Notes under the pieces: model-generated
Told to the model about the DNA's origin: nothing
Database searches by the model: none
Seen by the model: only the letters and a program-made list of their open reading frames with translations
DNA from: a virus
Strand: one strand, 5' to 3'
IMG/VR virus record: IMGVR_UViG_3300042090_002485
Location: 96,001 to 160,000 of that record
DNA length: 64,000 nt
Shown here: positions 1 through 10,300 of the stretch, piece by piece
Position numbering within the stretch: position 1 is the first letter of the stretch
Layout of the letters: each line of letters begins with the position of its first letter
Program-made: the position numbers and the translations under genes

Positions 1-108
1 CTGGCGACGGATCGGCTTGCGTGTTCGGGCGTCGCGCACCACCATCTCGATGGTTCCGCGCATCGGGATTCCCATCGCGCGCTGCTGCTGTACTCGCTTC
101 TGGCGCAT
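1..108 (-). CDS. 5' part of a probable virion structural gene, running off the window edge
   Basis: GGAGG then ATG at 108; reads MRQKRVQQQRAMGIPMRGTIEMVVRDARTRKPIRRQ with no stop; follows the baseplate genes. Confidence 0.55.
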   Translation of the reverse strand, partial: MRQKRVQQQRAMGIPMRGTIEMVVRDARTRKPIRRQ

Positions 109-126
109 GTTCCGGGCCTCCGAATT

Positions 127-2526
127 CTAGGTCACGACGAGGATGAGCGGGCTCTCCACCATGCCGATGTCTCGCGGCGCGGTCACCCCCTCTATAGTAC
201 CGTCCCACCCCGTGGCGGAAGGGTCGAAGGCCGCTGTTGTCATGGCCGGATCGATCCCACCCGTCTGCAGCGCCATGTCGCCGACCGTAGGGTCGACCGA
301 GCTGGTGGAGATGTTGCCGATGTTGAGCTGGCGGAACGTGACGTTGACGGTGGTTGCGGTCCAGGCCGTCAGCCGGGTAACCGTGCAGTTGACGTAGTCC
401 ACAGAGTAGTCGACGTTCTCGACCAGCGCCAAGCCGCCGATCGACCCGGCGGACATGTCAACCTTGACCAATCGACGCCGGTGGGGCGCCGATGGAGCGT
501 CGGGCAGCGTCACGGGCACGCTGGGCGTCGGGAACGCCGTGGATGCCGTGAAGACCTCGTAGTGGAAGAAGTCCCCCGAGATCCAGCCGTTCACCCCGGA
601 CGTCGGTGGGTCGTCGGTGAAGATCACCTCGTCGGGGCCGTAGACCCGCGAGCCCACCAGTCGGTCAAACGAGATGTCGACCTCGTCGACCTCGACATCG
701 TCCGAGAGGTAGGTGCCGGGCACGGTGAACGCGAAGGTGTGCGCGGGCTTGGCCGACTGGACCAGCGTGTTCAGGTTGTCGAGGCTCTGCGCGAATGCAG
801 CGGCCGACGACGCGATGGCGGACAGCGCGATCGCGTCGAACGACACGGAGAACGTGTGGAACTTGAGGTACTGGTCCATCAGGACGAACGCGAGGCGGTG
901 ACGCAGGATGGGCAGCGTGACGCCGTCCTCGACGCGCGGGGTCGGGATGAAGCCGTTCTCGTCGGCGCCGCAGAACAGGCCGGGGTCACCGCACAGAGCG
1001 CCGTCGTCTGGGTTGCAGACGTGAGCCACGAACACCGAGCTGGCGGTGCGCCGGCTGATCGGAGGCGGCGTGCCACCGAACAGCTGCTTGGGGATGACTT
1101 GCCCGTACCACCAGTTGGGCGTCTGGACGTAGTCCGTCACCGTGACCGCCGTGGTCAGCACCTCGAACGCCATCAAGGTTGTGCCCTGCGTTAGGTCCGT
1201 GCGCAGCGGCGTGTTCGGCGGGAAGTCGTACGTGATGGTCTGGCCCGACGATGGCGACGTCGTGAAGATGCGCCACACCGTCGGGTCGCTGGTGTCCGTC
1301 GACTGGTAGATCTCGCCGTCGCCGTGCACGACCGGCAGGTTCATGACGACGTTGAGCGCGCTCTCGATGCGGTCGAGCACGGGCCCGAGGATGTAGAGCT
1401 GGAAAATGCCCTGCAGGAACGCGCGGTACGCTTCCGAGCTGGGCTGGACGAAGCCGATCAGCGAGCCGAAGTTGTTCGCCAGCGTCATCTTGTCGACGAG
1501 CGCGTCCGGGGCCCACGCGGCGATCTCCAGGGCGGTCGTCGTGGTTGCCTGCGCCTGGATGACGCCGGTCGAGACGAGCCGCGGCGAGCTGCCCGACGTT
1601 GGGTAGACCTCTTCTTGCCACGTGTAGCTCATCCCGTAGGGCCCCGGCAGGTACAGCCACGTCGTGAGCACGTAGATGATGCCGGCTTCGTAGTTGACCT
1701 CGTAGTCCACCCCCTCGACAACGTTCGCGCCCGTCGGTCCCGAGGCGAAGATCGTCAACGAGCCCTGGTCGATGCGCGTGTGGGCGAGCTGGATCTGGCC
1801 GCCAACGACGGCATCCGATTCTGAGATCACCTGAGCGTTCGCAGGCACGCGCAAGATGACGTAGTCCACGCCCGACGCGAGCGCGGGCAGCGCATTGGTA
1901 GCGGTCACGAACAGCGCCGGGGTCCGCACCAATGCGATCGGGTAGTCGCCGAGCTTGCGCTGCGCGCCGTTGGTGCCAACGGCGAGCAGTCGAATGGTGT
2001 CACCCTTCTCGACGGGGGTCGTTGTCCAGTCGGTGACGCCAGCGTCGGTAAACTGGCCACCAACCGCGACGTCGACGGTCCGGCGCGCGAAGCCATCGAG
2101 CGGTACGCCGTTGCCGGTGGGGTCGGTCGGGTCGGCGTGGAACAGCACCACGCCGGAGGCAACCTCGTAGTCGAGGTTGGGCTCGAGCGACGCGGTTGGC
2201 TCGACCACTTGGTTGTCGATCGATGCGAACGAGACGACGGGGCTCGGCAGCGTGAACGCCCAGCGATTCGCAGGGGACGTCGTACCCTCGATGAAGCTGA
2301 TCTCGTCCTCGCGGATCGTCAGCATCTGGAACAGCTCGCGGTCGAGCGCGACGCAGTCCTGCAGCGACACGCCGAGCATCGCGGAGAGGTAGTCGAGGTA
2401 GGCCTGGCCGATGAGGATGGCCGTGCCCTCGTAGAGCGAGCCGAGCTGGTCGGCATCGGCGAAGAAGCGATTCCAGAAATCGCTAAGGCCACTTATCAGA
2501 TTATAAGAATATCCAACGGCGGGCAT
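127..2526 (-). CDS. Large baseplate/virion structural protein (799 aa)
   Basis: Long ORF with GC3-rich codons, beta-rich Thr/Val/Asp composition, downstream of baseplate J-like and gp25-like genes. Confidence 0.65.
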   Translation of the reverse strand: MPAVGYSYNLISGLSDFWNRFFADADQLGSLYEGTAILIGQAYLDYLSAMLGVSLQDCVALDRELFQMLTIREDEISFIEGTTSPANRWAFTLPSPVVSFASIDNQVVEPTASLEPNLDYEVASGVVLFHADPTDPTGNGVPLDGFARRTVDVAVGGQFTDAGVTDWTTTPVEKGDTIRLLAVGTNGAQRKLGDYPIALVRTPALFVTATNALPALASGVDYVILRVPANAQVISESDAVVGGQIQLAHTRIDQGSLTIFASGPTGANVVEGVDYEVNYEAGIIYVLTTWLYLPGPYGMSYTWQEEVYPTSGSSPRLVSTGVIQAQATTTTALEIAAWAPDALVDKMTLANNFGSLIGFVQPSSEAYRAFLQGIFQLYILGPVLDRIESALNVVMNLPVVHGDGEIYQSTDTSDPTVWRIFTTSPSSGQTITYDFPPNTPLRTDLTQGTTLMAFEVLTTAVTVTDYVQTPNWWYGQVIPKQLFGGTPPPISRRTASSVFVAHVCNPDDGALCGDPGLFCGADENGFIPTPRVEDGVTLPILRHRLAFVLMDQYLKFHTFSVSFDAIALSAIASSAAAFAQSLDNLNTLVQSAKPAHTFAFTVPGTYLSDDVEVDEVDISFDRLVGSRVYGPDEVIFTDDPPTSGVNGWISGDFFHYEVFTASTAFPTPSVPVTLPDAPSAPHRRRLVKVDMSAGSIGGLALVENVDYSVDYVNCTVTRLTAWTATTVNVTFRQLNIGNISTSSVDPTVGDMALQTGGIDPAMTTAAFDPSATGWDGTIEGVTAPRDIGMVESPLILVVT

Positions 2527-3086
2527 TAGTGCTCCTGCGTGTGGTTATACACACGTCGAACCCACTCGATGAACACGTCGATAGTCATGTCCCGCTTCGC
2601 ACAGTTGCAGGTACGACAGCACGCGACGACGTTGACTGCAGTGTATCCACGGTTATTGTCGACCCGATCAATACCATTGTATTTGAACGGAATTGCGTGT
2701 TTGAACCTCAAATTAAGACTATTGGAAAAGGATGTGCCGCAGTAGTTACAGGGGGCCTTAAATAAGGTAATGCAGGTCTCCAGCGAGAGGCGCCAGGCTA
2801 GATTGCGTAGACGGGCCTCGCGCCGGTATGTCGCAATCACCGCGTTAATGGCGCAGCGTTGTGGATCATCGTATCGACGTCCTTGCATGCTCCCGCAGCT
2901 CTTGGTCTTTCCGTTGCGGAGATGTGCGCCCAAAACTTCAACCGTTTTCTCGCAACGGGGACTTGAACAGCGACATGCGCAAATCCAATACAAACCACCT
3001 CCAGAACTGCGACGTTGCGTGTGGCGCAACACGGTCAAGAATCCGTAAACATTTCCGCTTTCGTCAATCGCACGGAGGTCTAGCAT
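2526..3086 (-). CDS. HNH homing endonuclease (186 aa)
   Basis: N-terminal YGFLTVL...YWICACRC...LRNGKTKSCG; C-terminal CNYCG...YNGIDRVDNNRGYTAVNVVACCRTCNCAK; AT-richer than flanks; TGATG and TAATG overlaps at the two ends. Confidence 0.85.
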   Translation of the reverse strand: MLDLRAIDESGNVYGFLTVLRHTQRRSSGGGLYWICACRCSSPRCEKTVEVLGAHLRNGKTKSCGSMQGRRYDDPQRCAINAVIATYRREARLRNLAWRLSLETCITLFKAPCNYCGTSFSNSLNLRFKHAIPFKYNGIDRVDNNRGYTAVNVVACCRTCNCAKRDMTIDVFIEWVRRVYNHTQEH

Positions 3087-5086
3087 CAGGTCCCCACCGG
3101 CTTGACGATGACGTCGGTCGTGTTCGCGACGTAGCGTATCGTCCGGTCGGTCACGCCGTAGGCGGCGAGCGTGTAGCTGGACGGTCCGCTGACCAGCTTG
3201 GATGGGTCGACGGTCACGACGTCGGTCGTTGCGTAGGTCCACACGTCGCCCGTGGGTGCGCGCAGTGCGTAGTTGATGGTCAGGATCGGGTTGCCTGCGA
3301 GCGCCGGCACGATGTTGGCGATCGTCGGGTACTCGTCCTTGACCGCCTGGATGATCGTCGAGACGTCGAGGCTGGCGACGCTGGCGTCGAAGCCACTGAT
3401 GAAGTCGGCGATGAACTGCGCGACCGCGTCGTCGTCGAGCGTCGCCGTCGCGTTGGCCGCGAGCTTGTAGGTCAGCACCATGCCGACGTTGACGGGGTTG
3501 TGCGCGCGGGGCAATTGGTAGGCCGCGACGACGCGCTCGACCGGACCGCGCACGAACTGGTCGATCGCGTCGAACTGATCGATCGTCCGGTAGGTCACGC
3601 GTAGGTTGTAGCCGTCGAACCGCGCCTGGACGGCGTCAGTGCCAACGATGATCTCCATCCACTGTTGTGCGCTCTGCGCCATCCCCGGGTTGTGCACGAC
3701 GGTCTGGAACTGAAGGCCGGTCGCTGGCGTCGCGGCCTGCTGCGGCGTCTGGTTGACCTGGTTGGGGAAGTGCTCGAAGCCGTCCTGTGTCGACACGAAC
3801 GCCGACTCCGCAATTGGCGGGTTGATGATCGCGACGTCGAGGATGTCCATCACCGGGCCGCCGGGCATGGTGGCGCGGCCGGACATGCCGACCGATGCTG
3901 ACGTCGAACCCGTAGTGTAGGGCACCCCGCCGGTGTCCGCGACGACGTCGTTGAACAGCGGTGGCACACGCCCGATGGTGTAGCTCACCGTCGTCGGCGG
4001 GTCGCCCTGGTCGGTGGCCACAGGGAACGGCGCCTGCTCGCTGACCAGCAGCGCCGTGCCCAGGTTCTCGGTCACCAGGAACTGCAGCGGGACCGTCGGC
4101 AGGCCCTCTGTGATGCTGATGATGTCGCCCGGTAAGACGCCGGTGAGGTCGACGATGCCGTCGCGGAACGCATTGGCGACGCCGTCAGGGCGTTGGTACA
4201 GCGCGCCTACCGCGCCGGTGAACGTGGTCTCGACCAGCGCGGTGCGCAGATAGATATCGACGCAGCCCCCGACGTGGACCTTGAGGTACGGTGCGACCGT
4301 CGGCACGATGTCGCGGATCATCTCCGCGTCGCCCATGCCGATGACGAGCACGGCGTCGATGCCGTCGAAGTTCTGGTCGAGTGTTGCGGGAATCGACCGG
4401 TTGTTGATGAGGTTGCGGACCGAGATTGCAGTCGGCGCGCGCGCGATCAACGCAGCCGTGTCCTCAGGCGGGTTGCCGCCGGAGAACTGCGCCGTCACCT
4501 CGATCGATGTGACGTAGGGGTTGAACCGGTCGAACCCCGCGAACTGGCCGGGCGCGACGTTGTACTGGCTGCCCGTCGCGACCGCGACCAGTGGGATGCG
4601 GAACTCGTAGTCGGTGACGCTGCCGGTGGTGTCGATGATCGGCACGAGCTGCGCCGCGGGGATAAACAGCGTGTCCCCCGCGTTGTCGACCACGAACACC
4701 AGGCCCGCCGAGTACGTGAACGCGACGGTCGCGGGCACGAACACGTCGACCTGGGTGGTCGAGTGGCCGATCGCGTAGCCGCGCGAGAACGTGCCCGCGC
4801 CCGCAGTGACGAAGAAGTTGGACAGGATGCCCGTGACGGCGTCGGCGAGCGCCTCTGGGTCGCCGCCAGTCGCGGCTTGGACCGAGACCAGCGACTGGGT
4901 CTGCCGGATCTGCGCGGCGTCGGCGCGCAGGAACGCCACCACCGCGGCGAGCGCCTGCACGGTGAGGTCGCGCAGCGCCGTGCCCGAGGAGAAGTCGCCC
5001 TCGGGGTTCTGGTCGCTGAGAAACTGCTCGAGGAAGTTCGCCGCCGCGATGACGTCCGTGGGGCTGATGGTGACTTGGACGCTCAT
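3086..5086 (-). CDS. Baseplate J-like wedge protein (666 aa)
   Basis: DFSSGTALRDLTV near the N-terminus; FSGGNPPEDTAALIARAPTAISVR resembles the baseplate J GGxDxExDxxLxxR motif; adjacent to gp25-like gene. Confidence 0.75.
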   Translation of the reverse strand: MSVQVTISPTDVIAAANFLEQFLSDQNPEGDFSSGTALRDLTVQALAAVVAFLRADAAQIRQTQSLVSVQAATGGDPEALADAVTGILSNFFVTAGAGTFSRGYAIGHSTTQVDVFVPATVAFTYSAGLVFVVDNAGDTLFIPAAQLVPIIDTTGSVTDYEFRIPLVAVATGSQYNVAPGQFAGFDRFNPYVTSIEVTAQFSGGNPPEDTAALIARAPTAISVRNLINNRSIPATLDQNFDGIDAVLVIGMGDAEMIRDIVPTVAPYLKVHVGGCVDIYLRTALVETTFTGAVGALYQRPDGVANAFRDGIVDLTGVLPGDIISITEGLPTVPLQFLVTENLGTALLVSEQAPFPVATDQGDPPTTVSYTIGRVPPLFNDVVADTGGVPYTTGSTSASVGMSGRATMPGGPVMDILDVAIINPPIAESAFVSTQDGFEHFPNQVNQTPQQAATPATGLQFQTVVHNPGMAQSAQQWMEIIVGTDAVQARFDGYNLRVTYRTIDQFDAIDQFVRGPVERVVAAYQLPRAHNPVNVGMVLTYKLAANATATLDDDAVAQFIADFISGFDASVASLDVSTIIQAVKDEYPTIANIVPALAGNPILTINYALRAPTGDVWTYATTDVVTVDPSKLVSGPSSYTLAAYGVTDRTIRYVANTTDVIVKPVGT

Positions 5087-5532
5087 TGCCGCACCGCCAA
5101 GGTTGGGAGCAGGAACTGCAGCTGCTGGCCCGAGACATTCGTGATCAAGATCTGCGCGGCGAACCCGGGCCCGTCGGGGATCTCGATGTAGGCCGTCACG
5201 GCCAACGTCGCAAGCCGCTCGTCGTCGGGCACCGCCGTGTCGCCCGACTGCCAGCCCGTGATCGCTTCGGCTGTCGAGGTGACCGCGGCGTCGAGCACCT
5301 CTCGCGCGTCCTCGAGCGCGACGTTGGAGCCGAGGAGGTAGGTGAGGTTGGTGCCGTAGGTCGAGTCGAGTGGGTCTGTGCCAATTGGCGTGAGCAGGTA
5401 CTTCGCCGCCATGTTGACGAGCTTCTGGATGCCACGCACTCCAAGCGAGCGCGTCTGGCCGAACGAGTAGAACGCCATGCCGTTGTAGTCGGCAGCGGGA
5501 ACGATCTGGATGTTGATGTCGTAGGCGGGCAT
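5083..5532 (-). CDS. gp25/GPW-like baseplate wedge protein (149 aa)
   Basis: GIQKLVNMAAKYLLTPIGTDPLDSTYGTNLTYLLG matches the gp25-like pattern; size and position fit. Confidence 0.75.
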   Translation of the reverse strand: MPAYDINIQIVPAADYNGMAFYSFGQTRSLGVRGIQKLVNMAAKYLLTPIGTDPLDSTYGTNLTYLLGSNVALEDAREVLDAAVTSTAEAITGWQSGDTAVPDDERLATLAVTAYIEIPDGPGFAAQILITNVSGQQLQFLLPTLAVRQ

Positions 5533-6635
5533 CAGGTTGGCTTCCCGTCTGACCAGAGGCCGGTCGTGAAGTCGAACGTCATCGGTGTCTGGACCTGGGG
5601 GCTGGCGCCAGTGAACCCCGTCGTCGCCGCGGTGAGCGCGGAAGTCTCCACCGCGATGGTCAGGGCGACGAAGTTGGCGTGCGCGGACTGCAGCGCCTTA
5701 ACGGCAGCGACGTTGTTATTCTCAAGCGTCGTCGCGCGATCGACGGTGAGCGACAAGTTGGCCGCGCGCGCGGTCGCCATCTGACTGCCGACCGGCGCGA
5801 GCGGCGGTACGGCGACGGCCGCCGAGCTGCCCGCGATGGTCGAGTCGGGATGGCCGGGCCAGTAGTTCGGCACCAGCGATGTCGGGTTGACTAGCGCGCG
5901 CAGCGCCCCGGAGATCAGCGCGGCCTGGAACCGCATCACGATGCCTGTCGCGGCCTGCGTCGAGAATCCAGGCTTGGTCCATCCCGTGGCGCCGCCCGCC
6001 CCGCCGACGGTGCCGATCGCCTGACCGGCGCCGATGACCTGGCCGTTCTTCACCGAGACCTGGGAGAGCCGGTAGTACTCGGTCTGGTAGCCCTGGAAGT
6101 CGCCATTGTGCTGGATGACGACGTAGATTCCGCCGTAGCCGATGTTCCCCATCGCAGCGGACGCGACCACCGTATCCTGGAAGTCGAGGACGGTCTGCGC
6201 CTGCTCGTTCGCATGCACGTCCGCAACCTCGGCCGAGCCCTGGGTCAGCTGAACGCCGACGAAGCGCACGACGCCGTCGGCGGCGGCGAACACGCTCTCA
6301 CCGAGCGTCGCGGCGTACTCGAGCGCCTGGTTGTAGGTCGCCACGCTGCCTGGCGGCGTTGCGGCGAACGGCAGCGGGTCGCCCCAGCCGCTGGTGACCA
6401 ACCGCTCGTTGCCCGGACCCTGCGCGAGCCCGCCTTTCTCGGCGAGCGGAGAACCGAACTGCTGGCGCAGCGGCGCCGGCGCGGTCTCGTAGAAGTAGGT
6501 CTTCGTCACCGGGTCGAACTCGGGGAAGGCCGGCGCCTGGTTCAGGTCCGAGCCAACGCGAGCGCGCTGCGCGGCGACCGCGCGCATCAGGTTCTGCGCG
6601 ATCGCGTCCTGCGGGGAGGCGGGGCTACCGGCCAC
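5532..6635 (-). CDS. M23 peptidase-fold protein with degenerate catalytic motifs (367 aa)
   Basis: GESVFAAADGVVRFVG...GYGGIYVVIQH...YQTEYYRLSQVSVKNGQVIGAGQAIGTVG is M23-like, but HxxxD and HxH are absent. Confidence 0.7.
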   Translation of the reverse strand: MAGSPASPQDAIAQNLMRAVAAQRARVGSDLNQAPAFPEFDPVTKTYFYETAPAPLRQQFGSPLAEKGGLAQGPGNERLVTSGWGDPLPFAATPPGSVATYNQALEYAATLGESVFAAADGVVRFVGVQLTQGSAEVADVHANEQAQTVLDFQDTVVASAAMGNIGYGGIYVVIQHNGDFQGYQTEYYRLSQVSVKNGQVIGAGQAIGTVGGAGGATGWTKPGFSTQAATGIVMRFQAALISGALRALVNPTSLVPNYWPGHPDSTIAGSSAAVAVPPLAPVGSQMATARAANLSLTVDRATTLENNNVAAVKALQSAHANFVALTIAVETSALTAATTGFTGASPQVQTPMTFDFTTGLWSDGKPT

Positions 6636-7383
6636 GGTCTTTACCCTCAGTGACGGCCTGGACGCGCGCGACGAGCTTGCCCTTGAGGTGCGAGTACTGC
6701 CCCTGTGTCAAGCCGAGCTTCTTCTGGATGTCCTGGTTCGACAACACCTCGGAATTCGCATAGCCAGTGAGGTGCTCGAAGATCACCTTCTGCGGCGGCG
6801 GTAGGTCGTGGTGGATGAAGTCGACGATGTGGTCGCTCTCGTCGGCGTCGTAGAGCCCGGCGTCGCTGCCCTCGAACAGGCCGCCGCTCTCGAGCATCTC
6901 GCGGCGCCCAATCGAGCGCTGGTACTCCCCGACCTTGTCGATCGGCCACGCCAGGCGGTCCGCCAGCTCGTCTACCGTCGGCGCGCGTCCGAGCGCGTCG
7001 GACAGCTCAGCGTGGGCGACATTGTAGCCGTGATAGAGCAACATGCGATTTTCTGGAAGTCGAGCGACATTCTGGTTAGTGTAGGACAGCCGCGACATGC
7101 GCTGCAGCTGGTTGACGACATGCGTGCCCAGCGCCGCGCCCTTCGCCGGATCGTAGCTGTGGAACGCCTGCATCGCGAGGCGTTTGCCTTCCGTCTCTAG
7201 CAGCGGCCGCGCGAGCGTGCCCGACCACTTATTCGCCTCGCGGTGGATCAGCGGAGAAACCTGCGCGAGCAGCGCGCTCGCGTTGGCATCCGTCGGCGCT
7301 GCCTTCCACACGCGCCACGCGTCCATGTCCGACGTCTGTCGGGTGGTCGCAGCGAGCTTCGCGATGGCAGCGAGCTTGGTCAC
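6625..7383 (-). CDS. Phage-encoded sigma-70-family sigma factor (FliA/WhiG-like, 252 aa)
   Basis: Region 2 QAFHSYDPAKGAALGTHV; region 3 LSDALGRAPTVDELADRLAWPIDKV; region 4 LPPPQKVIFEHLTGY...LSNQDIQKKLGLTQGQYSHLK. Confidence 0.85.
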   Translation of the reverse strand: MTKLAAIAKLAATTRQTSDMDAWRVWKAAPTDANASALLAQVSPLIHREANKWSGTLARPLLETEGKRLAMQAFHSYDPAKGAALGTHVVNQLQRMSRLSYTNQNVARLPENRMLLYHGYNVAHAELSDALGRAPTVDELADRLAWPIDKVGEYQRSIGRREMLESGGLFEGSDAGLYDADESDHIVDFIHHDLPPPQKVIFEHLTGYANSEVLSNQDIQKKLGLTQGQYSHLKGKLVARVQAVTEGKDRGR

Positions 7384-10300
7384 GTACGCGGGGCCTTGGC
7401 GACGAGAACATTGTCGCGGTAGGCGAGCAGAGCGGAATCCCAGTTCGCGGCGATCTGCGGGAACGACTGGTTGAGGCCAGGCACTGCCGTTGTGGTCGTG
7501 CCGTCGGCGCCCGGCGGCGGCGCGAAGTTGTCCGGCGGCGGGATGAACGTACGAACGCGCTCGAAGAAGCGAGCCCCGACGGAGCGAGGATGACCGAACG
7601 CGGGGATCGCGCCGATGCCAGCAACGTCGTAGAAGATGATGTACTCATCGAGCGTGCAGATCGGCCGCCAGTTGTAGCGCATCGCAGCGTCACGGCTGTC
7701 GAACATCGCCTGCGCTGACGGCAGCGGCACGAGCACTCGGCTCGGGTCGAGGTTGTGCTGGACCTGGGCGATGCCCGCAACGCTCGAGGGCGCCTGCAGT
7801 ATCGCGAGCTGGATCGCGAGCTGCTTGTTGAGCGACGTGAGCACGGCAGACGACACGTTGAGCTGCGTCTGCAGGACGGAAGTGTTGGCCACTTGCTCGT
7901 TGTACTGGGCCTGCAGCACGGTCGACGGCGTGCCGTCCGAGATCGCCTGTGCAGTGGACGCCTCTGCCGCTTGCGCCGCCGCGACCTGCGAGGTCAGCAG
8001 CGCGACCTGCGCGCTGATCTCCTGCTGCTGCGCGGTCAACGCCAGGATCTTCTGTGCCGTGGTCGCATTCGCGGTTTGCGCGCCCGAGTCTGGGCCGTCG
8101 ATGAAGATCGGTTCCGGCGAGCCACCGACGACCTCGGACTCGTAGCCCACGACGGTGCGGAAATCGAACGACGCGGGGCGGCCGAACAGCTGCTGGCCGC
8201 CGCAGAACAGCTGCTGATAAAACGTCTCGGCCTGCGGGAACGACTGCAGCACGTCGCTGACCGCGTTGATCGGCTCCTGCGGCCCCGAGCCGCGCGCGAA
8301 CGCGTCGTTTTGCTGGAACTCCGTGATCAGCGCCTCGAACATCTCCTGGAACTGGCGACCGTAGAGGTACGACAGCGTCGTGGCGCGCTGCCCATCGTGC
8401 GACATGAACTGCTGAACCGTCGTGAGGTAGACCATCAGGTCAACGCGCGTGGCGCGCTGGTCGAAGATGACGCCAGGGAAGCCGGGCACGACGTAGGGAT
8501 TCCACGCCACGGTCGCCGAGCCTGAGCGGCGCGCGTAGCGCTCGCGGAAGTACTCATACTTCGCGTAGAGGTGGTAGACGTCCTCAGCAGAGGCAGCGAT
8601 GGTCGCCTGCGTTGCCGTGGCGATGACCGGCGCGGGCGGTGGCTCAGGCGTCGGCGCCTGCGTGGTCGCCGGGGTCGGCGCTGCGGGCGCGGGCGTCCCA
8701 GCCGACGCAGTGAACGGCTGCGTGTTGCCCGCCGTAAGCATGCTGCCAGACGCCGTCGAGACGACGCCGCCCACGCCCGTGGCGTTGTTGATGTAGGCCT
8801 GCTCGATCGGCGTTAGCGACGGCGCAATCGCGTTGAACATCTGGTCCCACGACGTGGGCGTGCCGCCGAGCGCTGTAGTCGCGCGCGGAATGAAACCCTT
8901 TGGACTGTTGAAGAAGAATCCAGGCCCGACGTGGATCGCTTTGGCGAGGCGCCACTTGTCGCCCTCGGACCAGCCGGTGAGGCCGAACTGCGGCGCGTAG
9001 CGGTTGTCGACCTGCGTACGGTAGTAGCGTGCAAGCTTGCAACCCGCGTCGAGCGAGACCGCCTTGTTGGTCGACAGCAGCGCAGTCGGGCTCGGGTCAG
9101 GGCCTAGCTGACGCGGTGCGATCAGCGACGGACCGTTGACGCCGGTGTCCGCGGTGGTCAGGCCGATGATGCCGGCCTCGACCTGCGCGAGCGAGCGACC
9201 GTTGTTCGGCCCCATGATTTGGAAGTAACCGCGCTCGTTGAGGTTGGTGAGGCTCCTGATGTTGCCGCCGGACTCGTGGTTGATCCACGCGAGCGCGAAC
9301 TCCTCGGGGATGCCGTACTTGGTGATCGCAGCCTTGAACGCAGGGTCGTTGCGCAGCGCCTCGACGGCAGGCAAGTACTTGCGCGGGCTCGTCGGGCCGA
9401 AGCCGACCTGCGCCGACGTGCAATTCATGCAATTCGACGGCACGCTCGCCTTCTGCGGCGGGGTCGTCGTGCCGGTGCGCGCGGGCGGCGCCTGGTTGGC
9501 CGGCGGCGCGCCGGGGTTGTCTTTTGGGACCGTGGTCTTCGTGTTCTCCTTCTGCTTGATCCCGAACAACCAGGGGGGCACCGGGCGGCGGTCCATGACC
9601 GGGCCCTTGAAGAACTCTTCGGGGTAGAGCAGGAAGTTCTTGTTGTTGAGGTTCGGCGTGGTCTTGCTGACCTGCAGATTCTTATCGGCCTGCGGCGGGT
9701 AGCCGATGGCGAGCGCGTTCATGATCGAGTCGCGCAGGCCGCTGGTCGGGACCTTGAGGATCTGCGCGATGACCTCGTCGTTGAAGTACAACCGCGTCGG
9801 CTGGGTCGCGTAGTTCTCCTCGTATGCGATCGTCTTGAGCTGCGAGGGGAAGATGACGTTGCACGCTGGCGGGATGCTGAACAGCATCTGCGGCTTGGGG
9901 AAGTAGTTCTGCATCCGCAGCGGTGCCTTGGCGCGGCTGGCATCGGATACGGCAGGCACCCACTGGCCAGACGCGCTCGCCGCCGACGCGGCCGCCGCCG
10001 GCGCATTGTCCGGCCCGGAGATGCCGGGACCCGACGTGAATACGTCGGAGAGCACGAGCTGGTGGCTTGCGAAGTCGGTGGCCAAGACGAGGCTTGACGC
10101 AAAGTCGACACTCACCAGCGGCATCGCCGGTAGCATCGCGACCTCCATCAGCATGGTCTGGAAGACCAGCTGCAACATGTCCCAGATGGACCCGGTGTTC
10201 TGGACCTGCTGCATCAGGTTCTTGCAGACGGTGTTGATGGCCGTCGTACTCTGCACCGCCTGCAGTACCGGAAAGATGCTCGCGTTACCAGCGTTCAAAT

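Noticed and set aside
4661-4667. GATAAAC/GATAAGC hexamers at 4661, 10809, 38501 and 59136, and GTTTAT at 53190
   Set aside because: They lack the GTT nine bases upstream and lie inside coding sequence, so they were not counted as copies of the element.
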